A stretch of 63,697 nt of DNA, filler included, from Octopus bimaculoides (lineage: Eukaryota): assembly GCF_001194135.2 (NCBI RefSeq). It is 8 parts of 8 records of this genome, joined end to end, with 100 filler letters (N's around TTAATTAATTAA, not from the genome) between each part and the next. Parts side by side here need not be neighbours in the genome. Positions count along the whole stretch, not along the records: positions 28,229 to 39,833 come from NC_068983.1; positions 39,934 to 44,074 come from NC_068996.1; positions 44,175 to 58,905 come from NC_068995.1; 5 more parts are not named here. One strand, given 5' to 3'. The notes under the pieces are model-generated. The model made no database searches. It was not told the origin of the DNA and saw only the letters and a program-made list of their open reading frames with translations. This document shows positions 35,539 to 48,891 of this stretch, in pieces (the first letter of the stretch is position 1; each line of letters starts with the position of its first letter). The position numbers were made by a program, and so were the translations under genes.

Positions 35539-35757
35539 TAAGGCGGCGAGCTAGCAGGATCGTTAGCATGCCGGACAAAATGCTTAATGACATTTCGTCC
35601 GGCTTTACGTTCTGAGTTCAAAATCCGCTGAGGTCGACTTTACCATCCATCCTTTCGCAGTCGATAAAATAAGTACCAGTCGAACACTGGAGTCGATGTA
35701 ATCGACTTAGCCCCTCCCCCAAGATTGCTGGCCTCGGGCCAGAATTTGATATCAATA
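35539..35757 (+). mobile_element. SINE family A, paralogue of 31073-31290
   Basis: Full length with the same private substitutions and flanks as the 31-kb copy. Confidence 0.9.
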
Positions 35758-35769
35758 TTACTATTATTT

Positions 35770-36085
35770 CAATCATAACCACTACTACTATCACCTCTAC
35801 CATCACAATATAAACAGCCACCATTACGACCAGTGACACTTCTACCACGACAATGGACATTGTAACCACTATTATTACAACTACCATTACCACTTCCACC
35901 ACCACTTCCATCACTACTACAAAGCTAGGATCACCACCACCACCACCACCACCCCGATTACCACCATCACCACTACTACTTTCACCCCACTGTCACCACC
36001 AGCATCATCACCACTATTATCACATCCACCACCACTCCAACCAGCATCATCACCACCACCACCACCACCACCACCGCCACAGCAT
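35770..36085. repeat. Degenerate (CAC/CAT/TAC)n trinucleotide tract
   Basis: Directly visible; produces poly-T/P/H pseudo-ORFs. Confidence 0.85.
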
Positions 36086-37070
36086 TTATCTATTTATTAN
36101 NNNNNNNNNNNNNNNNNNNNNNNNNNNNNNNNNNNNNNNNNNNNNNNNNNNNNNNNNNNNNNNNNNNNNNNNNNNNNNNNNNNNNNNNNNNNNNNNNNNN
36201 NNNNNNNNNNNNNNNNNNNNNNNNNNNNNNNNNNNNNNNNNNNNNNNNNNNNNNNNNNNNNNNNNNNNNNNNNNNNNNNNNNNNNNNNNNNNNNNNNNNN
36301 NNNNNNNNNNNNNNNNNNNNNNNNNNNNNNNNNNNNNNNNNNNNNNNNNNNNNNNNNNNNNNNNNNNNNNNNNNNNNNNNNNNNNNNNNNNNNNNNNNNN
36401 NNNNNNNNNNNNNNNNNNNNNNNNNNNNNNNNNNNNNNNNNNNNNNNNNNNNNNNNNNNNNNNNNNNNNNNNNNNNNNNNNNNNNNNNNNNNNNNNNNNN
36501 NNNNNNNNNNNNNNNNNNNNNNNNNNNNNNNNNNNNNNNNNNNNNNNNNNNNNNNNNNNNNNNNNNNNNNNNNNNNNNNNNNNNNNNNNNNNNNNNNNNN
36601 NNNNNNNNNNNNNNNNNNNNNNNNNNNNNNNNNNNNNNNNNNNNNNNNNNNNNNNNNNNNNNNNNNNNNNNNNNNNNNNNNNNNNNNNNNNNNNNNNNNN
36701 NNNNNNNNNNNNNNNNNNNNNNNNNNNNNNNNNNNNNNNNNNNNNNNNNNNNNNNNNNNNNNNNNNNNNNNNNNNNNNNNNNNNNNNNNNNNNNNNNNNN
36801 NNNNNNNNNNNNNNNNNNNNNNNNNNNNNNNNNNNNNNNNNNNNNNNNNNNNNNNNNNNNNNNNNNNNNNNNNNNNNNNNNNNNNNNNNNNNNNNNNNNN
36901 NNNNNNNNNNNNNNNNNNNNNNNNNNNNNNNNNNNNNNNNNNNNNNNNNNNNNNNNNNNNNNNNNNNNNNNNNNNNNNNNNNNNNNNNNNNNNNNNNNNN
37001 NNNNNNNNNNNNACATATATATATATATATAGATAGATATATATATATAGATATATATATATATATATAC

Positions 37071-37229
37071 TACGGGCTTCTTTCAGTTTCCGTCTACCAA
37101 ATCCACTCACAAGGCTTTGGTCGGCCCGAGGCTATAGTAGAAGACACTTGCCATATGTGCCACGCAATAGGACTAAACCCGGAACCACGTGGATGAGAAG
37201 CAAGCTTCTTACCACACAGCCACTCCTGC
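37071..37229 (-). mobile_element. Composite SINE head module B (module C probably in the gap)
   Basis: TACGGGCTTCTTTCAGTTTCCGTCTACC…CAGCCACTCCTGC, preceded by (TA)n and Ns. Confidence 0.9.
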
Positions 37230-38415
37230 AACTACAGATAATCTGGGTTTGTGTTCGCCTAATCTTCAATCTCAAAGACTATATACTCATTTCCGTACAC
37301 TCTCACCGGTCGATGGACTACATCCCATGCTACACAGTGGCAAAGATTTCCTCCAACTGTTCTCCTGGTTGCATAAGGCAAACCCCTTGTTTTTTAAATC
37401 CCTGAGGTATGCCATTCTGTACATTGCTTTTTTTCCTCGACGAATTTATCGGACAAGGAAGCACTGGCGCATCTCCCGCTATGTTTTCGTTTCCATTTGA
37501 GCTCGTAACAATCAATGAATCAGTTCTCATGTCAGCTCAGTTGGATCATAGCTGATAGGGTACGTGGGTGGGGGACTGCAAAACAACGACATCAGCACCA
37601 TATCACTATCTAAACAGTACAATCAATTCTTTAATATTACCACCATCATACCACCACCACCACCACCACCANNNNNNNNNNNNNNNNNNNNNNNNNNNNN
37701 NNNNNNNNNNNNNNNNNNNNNNNNNNNNNNNNNNNNNNNNNNNNNNNNNNNNNNNNNNNNNNNNNNNNNNNNNNNNNNNNNNNNNNNNNNNNNNNNNNNN
37801 NNNNNNNNNNNNNNNNNNNNNNNNNNNNNNNNNNNNNNNNNNNNNNNNNNNNNNNNNNNNNNNNNNNNNNNNNNNNNNNNNNNNNNNNNNNNNNNNNNNN
37901 NNNNNNNNNNNNNNNNNNNNNNNNNNNNNNNNNNNNNNNNNNNNNNNNNNNNNNNNNNNNNNNNNNNNNNNNNNNNNNNNNNNNNNNNNNNNNNNNNNNN
38001 NNNNNNNNNNNNNNNNNNNNNNNNNNNNNNNNNNNNNNNNNNNNNNNNNNNNNNNNNNNNNNNNNNNNNNNNNNNNNNNNNNNNNNNNNNNNNNNNNNNN
38101 NNNNNNNNNNNNNNNNNNNNNNNNNNNNNNNNNNNNNNNNNNNNNNNNNNNNNNNNNNNNNNNNNNNNNNNNNNNNNNNNNNNNNNNNNNNNNNNNNNNN
38201 NNNNNNNNNNNNNNNNNNNNNNNNNNNNNNNNNNNNNNNNNNNNNNNNNNNNNNNNNNNNNNNNNNNNNNNNNNNNNNNNNNNNNNNNNNNNNNNNNNNN
38301 NNNNNNNNNNNNNNNNNNNNNNNNNNNNNNNNNNNNNNNNNNNNNNNNNNNNNNNNNNNNNNNNNNNNNNNNNNNNNNNNNNNNNNNNNNNNNNNNNNNN
38401 NNNNNNNNCTTCCAT

Positions 38416-38484
<69 letters not shown>

Positions 38485-39171
38485 CAACATTTCCATCATG
38501 GACACTATTGTCATAACAGCTGTATTTAGAAATCGCGCGTGCACACATATACCTGCATACGCGCACATACACACGCGCGTGCACACGCACACATACACAA
38601 GTGTATATCTAGAAACATGACTGCAACTATACATGCAACACAAGTACAAGAATACTGTGGAACCTCCGTCAGTTTTAACGTTGAGTATTCAGATGATCAA
38701 CCAACTGAATCCTTAATCAGGTATTTATGTGTAAGTGATTGAATATTCCACGAGTACTCTTAACGTAGTCTCATGTGGAATCAGCGCCACAAAGTATAAT
38801 CCGTTTGTTTTTATGACGAGTTATTTGTAAAAACAATTTAACATTAAATTGAAAGATTGCTCAATACCTTTTAGTAGATTACATATTAACTTTTAAAAAG
38901 GAAGAATTTGTCAGTGACTTTCAAGTCTGGTTTAATCGTAAGTAATAATAAAATTCAAAATCAAACCAAAATAAATCGCTTAACCATATTTTCTGTCAAC
39001 CCACGCCCTATTAATAGATACTTTATTTCTGTTCTCGTTTAACCTTCCTTACTATACACTACACCACACCTAATTATCATGCTCTTAGTTCTATTTTCCC
39101 TGACAAAACATGGAAGAAAATGCCAAAGACTATACAAATGGGGAAAACAAAAACCCAAAGAAAGCAGAGAT

Positions 39172-39176
<5 letters not shown>

Positions 39177-39266
<90 letters not shown>

Positions 39267-39565
39267 GTCCGTGCAAGAAAAGAAAGATGGTCACGTGAGG
39301 GAAAGAAAGATGGACGATGATCACGTGAACAGCGAGAGAGAGAAAGAGGGGAGAGAGAGAGAAAAAGAGAAAGAGGGGAAGAGAGAGAGAAAAAAAGAGG
39401 GGAGGGAGAGAAAAAGAGAAAGAGGGGAAGAGAGAGAGAAAGAGAAAGAGGGGAGGGAGAGAGAAAGAGAAAGAGGGGAAGAGAGAGAGAAAGAGAAAGA
39501 GGGGAAGAGAGAGAGAAAGAAAAAGAGGGGAGAGAGAGAAAAAGAGAAAAAGGAAAGAGAGAGAG
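39177..39565. repeat. (GA)n followed by a ~28-30-bp purine-rich minisatellite
   Basis: Unit approximately GAGAGAGAAAGAGAAAGAGGGGAA repeated in tandem. Confidence 0.85.
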
Positions 39566-39737
39566 TGATAGATAGAAAACGGTGAAGAAGGGAGGGGGAG
39601 AAAAGGGAATTAGAGAAGGATGGAAGAAGAAAACAGTATAGAGAAGAGAGTCGCATCAAAAAGGTGAAGATAAATGGATGTGTGGATGGAAATGGATGGA
39701 AATGGATGTGTGGCGTTCAATTAAATAATAAATAGTA

Positions 39738-39781
<44 letters not shown>

Positions 39782-39786
39782 TGATG

Positions 39787-39833
<47 letters not shown>

Positions 39834-40527
39834 NNNNNNNNNNNNNNNNNNNNNNNNNNNNNNNNNNNNNNNNNNNNTTAATTAATTAANNNNNNNNNNN
39901 NNNNNNNNNNNNNNNNNNNNNNNNNNNNNNNNNTATATATACATATATAAATATGAGATAGATAGATAGAGGAAAGAGAGGGGGGAAATGGGAGAGAGGC
40001 GGTGGAAGGGGAGAGGGCGAGTCAGAGTGAGGGAAGGAAAGAGAGTAGATATAGGTGATAGAGACGGATAGAGAGGAAGGAAGAGAGTGATAGAAAATGA
40101 TAGACAGTTGAATAGTTTTGACGGTTAAAAAGTTACTTTTTGCTTCCTCAAGATGTTGATTATCCCAAAATGGATTTCTGATGCACGTGTATGCCTGTGT
40201 AAACGTGTGTATGCAGAACCAAGTTTATATATGTATATATGTACATTCATGTATTTACGTATTTAAGCGCGTGTGTCAATGGATGTGTGTATTTGTGTGT
40301 TTATCGACACACACACACACATACACACGTTTTAATGCACTTACATTCACACACATATTTATGTGCATGTCAGTGTGTGTACGTAGATATATCTGTATGC
40401 GTGTGTTTGTGTATTTGTGTCTGGATGTGTGCGTAGATTAGTCTGTATGAGTGTGTGCATCTGTCTATGTACGTAGGCGCGCGCTTGCGGTGGCGTTCAG
40501 CACGGCCTCTCCCAACACAGGTCTCAC

Positions 40528-40674
40528 CAGCCTTGTCCATTTGCTGATAAAGAACGGAACGAAGCGTGTTGTTGCCGAAGCCTGGTGACATCCGCCTGAT
40601 GTTTGCGGCATATGATGGCGACTTTATCGGCCAAGACAAGCGGTCAGAAGCCAAGGAAAGGAAGAAAGGCAGAA
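40528..40674 (-). CDS. Candidate host coding exon, product unknown
   Basis: Acceptor T-rich tract + ACAG, donor CTG|GTGAGA, 147 nt, one stop-free frame in phase 1-1 (LPFFLSLASDRLSWPIKSPSYAANIRRMSPGFGNNTLRSVLYQQMDKA); no family recognised. Confidence 0.3.
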
Positions 40675-41429
40675 CTGTAAAAAAAAAAGTAGAGAATTTG
40701 ATAAAAGCGACATAAACAAAGCTACACACACGCACACACACACACACACACACACACCCACACACACACACACCCACCCACACCCACACACACACANNNN
40801 NNNNNNNNNNNNNNNNNNNNNNNNNNNNNNNNNNNNNNNNNNNNNNNNNNNNNNNNNNNNNNNNNNCACTGACACTCACACACACACACCATGCCAACAT
40901 ATATAATTAAACAGTTCTTGATTCATTATTGTTTTATTTAAAGTTTCACACACATATAAAGTACATCCGCAACTTTTCACAGACATACGCTCGTACGTTA
41001 TTTATGAGTGTGTGATAAATTGGCACAGACTAGGCAGAATGGTTAAACGTTTGCTTCGCAGTCTTGAGATCTCGGATTCGATCCCACACCGTGGTCTTTT
41101 GTATGTATGTATGTATGTATGTATGTATGTATGTATGTATGTATGCATGCATGCAGACCTACACACATACATACATACATATATACATGCTTACCGAGGA
41201 CATGCATAGATACATGCATACACATCCAACGGATCCCATCATTTCGACTGCGGGTGACACCAGCTTTAAAACCAATTTCAGAGAATATATAAGGTCATTT
41301 GTCTCAACGAGAACGTATTTGGTGCATAGTCAATTAAGAGTTTTCCTTTGGAGTTAAGTTTACGATTTCTAAAATCATATATGACGTTATTGTACCAGCA
41401 GTCAACCCGGATTCACGTCTGCGGGTTTC

Positions 41430-41600
41430 ATGCTCGCCTTCCTATTCAATCGGACATCGGACAGTTGATCGCCGACGATTGCACAGCCTAATAGTAAAAA
41501 ATATTAGGACCAAATAGGCTTGCACAGCTCATCACAGTACCAATATGGGTTGCAGGCTCAGGAATGTTTGAATGCCATAATCTCAAAGGCAAGCAAAAGA
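41430..41600 (+). mobile_element. Possible RTE reverse transcriptase fragment
   Basis: QLIADDCTA resembles the RTE LLFADDCAL catalytic motif; surroundings heavily decayed. Confidence 0.35.
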
Positions 41601-41996
41601 TCCCGAAAATATTCAACACCATTCCTGCATATCTAGTTTTATATCAGTGTCCTTCTCCAAGACACAAATTTTAACAAAAGCTAATGGGTACCTCCACTCA
41701 CTGGTTTTTCTGCACGGTGAACACCAACCTGGAATTTCTACAAACACATACACACACACATGCATGCGTACGTACAAACATGCATACATACATATGTCAA
41801 TTATGGTAAATTAATGCGGGACTTACAGCTCTTATACCCTGACTATAAATTCTCATTTGTACCTATCATCATAGTTGCATTATGCATGTACCTACAAATT
41901 TACTCAAAAAATTAGAAATACTAGGTTTTTCAAAGAAAGAGTAAAAGAAACTGACGCCGATTCTATAAATCCTATTTATTAGGGAAAATGTTTAAG

Positions 41997-42029
<33 letters not shown>

Positions 42030-42615
42030 CTATCTGTCTATCTACCTGTCTGTCTGTCTGACTTATAAATTGGAATGTCTCCATCTGAGATACTTTAGGT
42101 GAATAGATGCACACACTTGGCTGTGTACAATCGACAGCTCAACAACGCACCAATTCAGCCACACATTTACAAACATCGAGAACGATCTTGACTCAAAAAG
42201 TATTGTCACGTTGTAAGCGACCGGCATGCACTCTCTTAACAACTTTAAAAAATTCAAAGAAAAACATACACATACATATCAAGGTGCATATATAAACGCA
42301 TGTATCTATGTATATATAGTTATGCGTATGTATTCGTGCGTATGTGTGCTATGTACATATAATCATTTAAACAATAATGTGTATATACATATATTTATAC
42401 AAACATACATAAACACGAGTCACACATGCTATACACACTCATATGCACACCTGCAAGGGGAAACTATCCACATGTATATATACATTTTTACACTTTTAAC
42501 TCGTTTAAATACTCTTATATCTATCCACACATTCACGCACACAATATGCGTGTGTATATGCATGTATGTATGTGCTTCTCTGTGTATTTGTATACATATG
42601 CATAAACATACATAA

Positions 42616-42678
<63 letters not shown>

Positions 42679-43046
42679 AATGCATATATAAAGACATATA
42701 CATTCGCATTCACTCACACATACGCACATACACTCACTCACACACGCACGCACACACACATGTTCACACACGCTCACACACGCAAACATAACAGATATCG
42801 ATTCTTTCTACGCAGTTCAAACATAAGCGAGACTGCATTGATTTGTGTGCTCAGCCGTGGGTTAAAGGCCAGCGACAGTGGTTACCCTCTCATCAATCAG
42901 AGTATCATGTGTTACCCCTAAAGTAACAGATTGTAACCCCACCATTATTCACCACCCATGTTCCACCTCGATTCCATAAAGAATTTTTTTGCTCCTCAAT
43001 TTTATCATATTTTTCCTATTTGAACGTGCGCACGCGTATGTATATA

Positions 43047-43152
<106 letters not shown>

Positions 43153-43422
43153 GGAGAGGGAGGGAGAGAGAGATCGGGTGAAATTAATAGTTTCTGTTGT
43201 GTATGTATGACTGTGTATTGGTGGGTGTGTGCATATAAATTTAGAGTGGACGAGAGAGAGATGGTGGGGGAAGAGATGGGGAGAAAGTAGGGGAGAAAGA
43301 GATCGTGAGAAAGTGAGAGAGTGAGTGAGTGAGAGGCAGAGGATTGGGAGATAGAAAAAATGAGAAGAAAAAAAGACGGTGAAGTGACAAAAGTAGGTTG
43401 AACGATAGTAGAGAGATAGTTT

Positions 43423-43473
<51 letters not shown>

Positions 43474-43975
43474 CACACACATACACATGTACACACACAT
43501 ACACATGTACATATATGTATATATGTATATACGTGTGGATGCAGAGAGAGAGAGGCAGACAGACAGACACACAAGCATACAGACACACAGACAGAGAAAA
43601 TGTGTGTATGCGTATCTATGTGTGAGTGTGCGTATGTGTATCTGTATGGATGCGTGTATGTGTGCGAGTGCAAATTATGTGTCTAATCATGTGTGCAGGT
43701 TTAGAATCCGGTGCCTAGCAATTCGACAAATATTCATCGATGAAATTAATACTGGACTAAAAAAATGTAACAAATAAAAATCTTGATATCAGTTCTTCAG
43801 CACTCTTGTCAACGGTGTATATTCATTAAGTATGATACATAGATGGCTATTTTTAATTCACACTGCATCAGCTGCCTATGCAGCTTATTTATCTATCTAT
43901 CCGTCTGTCTGTCTGTCTGTCTGCCTGTCTATCTATCTATCTGTCTGTCTGTCTGCCTGTCTATCTATCTATCTG

Positions 43976-44009
<34 letters not shown>

Positions 44010-44015
44010 CATCCA

Positions 44016-44074
<59 letters not shown>

Positions 44075-44174
44075 NNNNNNNNNNNNNNNNNNNNNNNNNN
44101 NNNNNNNNNNNNNNNNNNTTAATTAATTAANNNNNNNNNNNNNNNNNNNNNNNNNNNNNNNNNNNNNNNNNNNN

Positions 44175-44235
<61 letters not shown>

Positions 44236-44552
44236 GACTATACTGCATACGAAGAGTAACACGCTCTCTACTGGATTAACAGTAGCCGTGGGTTTGTGTC
44301 ATTCAAGGTTTCACTTTAGTAGAGTTACCTTTTGTGATTCGACAATGTTTAACTTAATACAGTCATTCTACTTGAACAAAGATCCAACCTCTTAAAAGCT
44401 TCAAAAAAAACCTCTTCTCCGGTAAATTTCAAGGTATATCGCGACCTGAACGAAAAAGACACCGAAAATTTGTGAGTGTTATATGAAATACTATAGTGAG
44501 TTCATTTAACTATCTTTCATGTCAATTTCTAACACTATGTTTCTTCCCTTAG

Positions 44553-44733
44553 GGGCGGCGAGCCAGCAGAATCGTTAGCATTCTGGGCAATATTCTTGGT
44601 TACATTTCGGCGAAGTCACCTTTGTCTTTCATTCGTCCGGGATCGATAGAAAAAGTGCCGGATTAACACTGCTGTCGAGATAATCGACTTACCCATTCCT
44701 TCGAAATTGTTGGCATTGTGCCGAATTTTGAAA
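44553..44733 (+). mobile_element. SINE family A, diverged with an internal deletion
   Basis: GGCGGCGAGCCAGCAGAATCGTTAGCA…TTGGCATTGTGCCGAATTTTGAAA. Confidence 0.75.
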
Positions 44734-45009
44734 AGTTTATGCGTTACGTCTTTTATATTCATCCACCAGAGTTACCTGTTTGAAATATAGGAAGGGACAA
44801 TTACCTATAGCCTTCAACCGCTTGGAGAAATCTTGTCTGTGTGTGTTAGCAATTTTGATTACTCTCATAATATTAAGTATTCTTTCTCTGTTAAATAATA
44901 ATGATCGATATACTAACCATTTGAAACAATTACAGGCATATAAAAATATTTTTCTATGTACGTAAATGAGCTCATATATATCTTCATAAATGCATGTGCA
45001 TAAATAAGA

Positions 45010-45051
<42 letters not shown>

Positions 45052-45187
45052 CACACATATTCATAAATACATACATACCCATTTACATAATTATATACGG
45101 ACACGCACGCACACTCACACATACACACATGTACACACACATGCACACATACATATAAAGACACACGCACACAGAGAGGCACATATG

Positions 45188-45237
<50 letters not shown>

Positions 45238-45454
45238 AATAAATACAAAAAGACAAACCTCGACACATAGTTATACATATAAATAGTCATATTAAGGCAG
45301 AGATATTTCAAAAATTATCAAATTACCTATTTATATATGTATGTATATATACACGCACACACATATTTATACATACGTACATGAATACAAATGTATATCG
45401 ATACACACGTGTGTGATTATATACATATGTATACATATATGTTTGTATGTATGT

Positions 45455-45491
<37 letters not shown>

Positions 45492-46025
45492 GACATACAT
45501 AGATACGTATATAGATACATACATATATACATACACATATAGAGACACACATAAATACATACATACATTCATATAAACATATGTGTGCGTGTATACAAAT
45601 ATAAGTGCGTCAGTTAAAGGATAAGTATTTAAAATAAAGCACTGTAAGCGATCAGCGGGGTAGGCCAGATGCACCGCTCCATTTGAGAAGCAATTAATTG
45701 CAAACATTGACCACAAGTAAAGATGATAAACTAACACCATGGGAAAATTCTTCAGTTAAATATGTTCCCGATAATGTCATATCAACTGAAACATAAAGGC
45801 TATTAAAGAGAATAATAACTCCTTAGAAAAACCTTAACATTATTGAGAACCCTCAGAGATTTCGATGTCTAGCAATCCTCTTGACGCTTGATTACTTATG
45901 GCAATTGTCTTATGCTATTAATCATAAGACTTTCTGCTGTGTGATTCTAGAACTTTACTTTCATTTGGTATCTATCTCTCTAAGTTATTTTCAAAATGTC
46001 ATTATTAAAGAGATTAGTTGATTTT

Positions 46026-46109
<84 letters not shown>

Positions 46110-46190
46110 TATATGTATATACATATATTTATAATTATATTTATACATATTTGTGTGTGTATGAGTGTCTTTTGTATATGTATATATAAG

Positions 46191-46225
<35 letters not shown>

Positions 46226-46271
46226 ATGAGTGTCTTTTGTATACGTATATATATGTATATATATGTGTGTG

Positions 46272-46315
<44 letters not shown>

Positions 46316-46748
46316 CGTGCGTTTGTGTAACTTATTTTTATTTTTGGTTGTTCTATTACAGGTATATGACGCTATATTTCATTTATAACAATATTGTTTA
46401 ATTCGAAAAGATAAACTTCCATTATTGTTCCATATCCATTCCCACGCCCTCACCACTCTATTCATCGCTATAATATATACGAACATTTATTTAGAATATC
46501 ACAAAAATGTTTTTTAGCTCACAGGACGTCAGCGAGTATAGATGGTGTTCGATTCATGTTTTGTCTTCAATATTTTGTAAATATGTTCAAAGTTCGAACC
46601 CCGGTACCAAGGACTACACGGAAGTGTCTCCAGTCCAATATATATCGATCAAGTCTTCATAAGGCGTCCTCCGGGATCAATTAAATATGACTATTACTAT
46701 ATTGCTTCTAAACAATTGTTTTCTTTCTACTAACATAAGCAAAATATT

Positions 46749-46813
<65 letters not shown>

Positions 46814-46832
46814 TTATCTATCTATTTATAAG

Positions 46833-47492
46833 CTCTACGGGCACGGTTCGAGACACACCAGATCGACTTGCCCGAGATGCGGTCAGAGTGACGAAACCGT
46901 TCTGCACGCACTCGTGCAGTGTCCAACCGTTTCGGACGAGTGGGCTTATGCCGAACGGCTGCTGTTACGTGTAGGACGAGTCTGCCTGTCGGCCGAGTCT
47001 ATCATAATATTTGCCTCGCCACCTTCCCTCAACCGGGAAGGCAAAGCAGTCTTCATCGTACTGGTGGCCATGGTGAAAGAATTTGTATGGTGGACGCGAG
47101 TGAAAGGATTAGAGACAAACACTTACCTGTCTGGCTAACCGCTCATCGACTTTTTCAAGTACCACTTGAAAAGGAAGGTGAGAATGGAGAGGTAAGTTTT
47201 GTCTCGTGAAAGTTTCAAAAAAAGGTGGGTGAATGTAGCAAAGATGGTGCGTGCGAGCGACGAAACCACTTTGAGCATCCTGTAAATCGAAAAAAAGAAC
47301 GAGAGAGAGCATTTTGCTCTCATGTGTTTATTTCCTCCCTGCCTGAGGTTACCGTGGTCTTTTCCGTAGGCTTTTCTTTCCACGGATAAACCTAATCTTG
47401 CTTTTTACATTTTTAAAATTCCTCTGTGATACACGATCCCTTTTGATCGTGCTTTCTTTCTTTCCCCGATCCCTTTTGATCGGAATTTACTT
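46833..47492 (+). mobile_element. L1/Tx1-clade LINE 3' end (ORF2 C-terminal zinc finger and 3' UTR)
   Basis: TCPRCGQSDETVLHALVQCP…VWWTR…IDFFKYHLKRKVRMER…FKKRW (two internal stops), then a T-rich 3' UTR running into a gap; 5' end abuts (CTAT)n. Confidence 0.85.
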
Positions 47493-47699
47493 NNNNNNNN
47501 NNNNNNNNNNNNNNNNNNNNNNNNNNNNNNNNNNNNNNNNNNNNNNNNNNNNNNNNNNNNNNNNNNNNNNNNNNNNNNNNNNNNNNNNNNNNNNNNNNNN
47601 NNNNNNNNNNNNNNNNNNNNNNNNNNNNNNNNNNNNNNNNNNNNNNNNACATTTGTAGATACACACACACGCACGCACGCACACACGCACACGCGCTCG

Positions 47700-47734
<35 letters not shown>

Positions 47735-48831
47735 GCATGCACACTCACACGCACACGCACACACACACACACACACACACATGCTCATACACACATACAT
47801 CCATAGATTTACACTTACACATGTGTGTACAAGTTCGGTTTTCTCTATATATTCTTTTATTCTTTCCTATAAAAATAATAGCAGGGGATTTTTCTAGGAA
47901 AGCATTTAGACAGTATCGATGGTAAATATTTATACGTTCTATTTCAGTAAGTTTTTGCTCCTTTTGCGGTATAGCTTACAAACTCAAGTAGCAAAGTACG
48001 TGGGTGCTGATGACTTCATGTTTTTTCATAAGAACGAAACATTCGTCTAAGACATTTAGTAACATAACTTAATTCACCAATGATTACAGGTACGCAAATA
48101 AATCTATCATTTGAATTGTGGATACTAAATCATGTACTACCAGCCATTACATTCAGGATGGTTACCACATTGAGGAATGGAGATATACAGAAAATATAAA
48201 ATAGATATTAAAAGTAGCATCCTTTTAGGGCGTAAGAAGTGGAGTATTGGTTAAGCATCGGAGGCGTCGTAGTCGGAATAAGGTATTTGGGAGTTAAATA
48301 TTTGATTAAAAGGCAGTCTGTAATATTTGAAGGATTATTGCGTAGTATTGCGGGAAAAAAATTCCTTGGAAAATATATTGAAAATTTTTGTGGACACTTG
48401 TGAAATTTTATTGACTTCAGCAGTTAAAAATTCTTCTGCATGATTATTGTTTAAGATATTTGTATGTATGTATGTATGTATGTATGTATGTATGTATGTA
48501 TGTATGCATGAATGTATGCATGTGTGTTCTGTATGTATGTTTGTATGCACGAATGTATGTTTGTATGTATGTTTGTACGCTTGTATATATGTATTTATAG
48601 ATGCAATCATGCATGTATGTTTATATACTTGCATGTATGTGTGTATGTATGTATGTATGTATGCATGTATATATGTATGTATGCATGCATGAATGTATGC
48701 ATGTATGCATGTATGTATGGATCTATGCGTGCATGTCTGTATGTATGTACATATGTATACATGTATATATGTATGTACGCACGTATGTATGCATGTATGT
48801 ATATATGTATGTATGTACGTTTATAGCTGTG

Positions 48832-48891
<60 letters not shown>

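Noticed and set aside
37250-37560. Unique stretch with short ORFs on both strands
   Set aside because: No splice-site pair or motif that I can support; may be a decayed LINE end
40593-40690. Plus-strand peptide LMFAAYDGD resembling the glutaminase ankyrin motif LLFAAYxGD
   Set aside because: Flanking residues do not follow the ankyrin pattern and the frame has stops just upstream
42830-42960. Possible small minus-strand exon (GVTHDTLIDER)
   Set aside because: Short, weak polypyrimidine tract and no recognisable homology
48007-48050. CTGATGA…GAAAC-ATTC-GTC hammerhead-like string
   Set aside because: Stem II does not abut GAAA and stem I cannot form; compatible with chance
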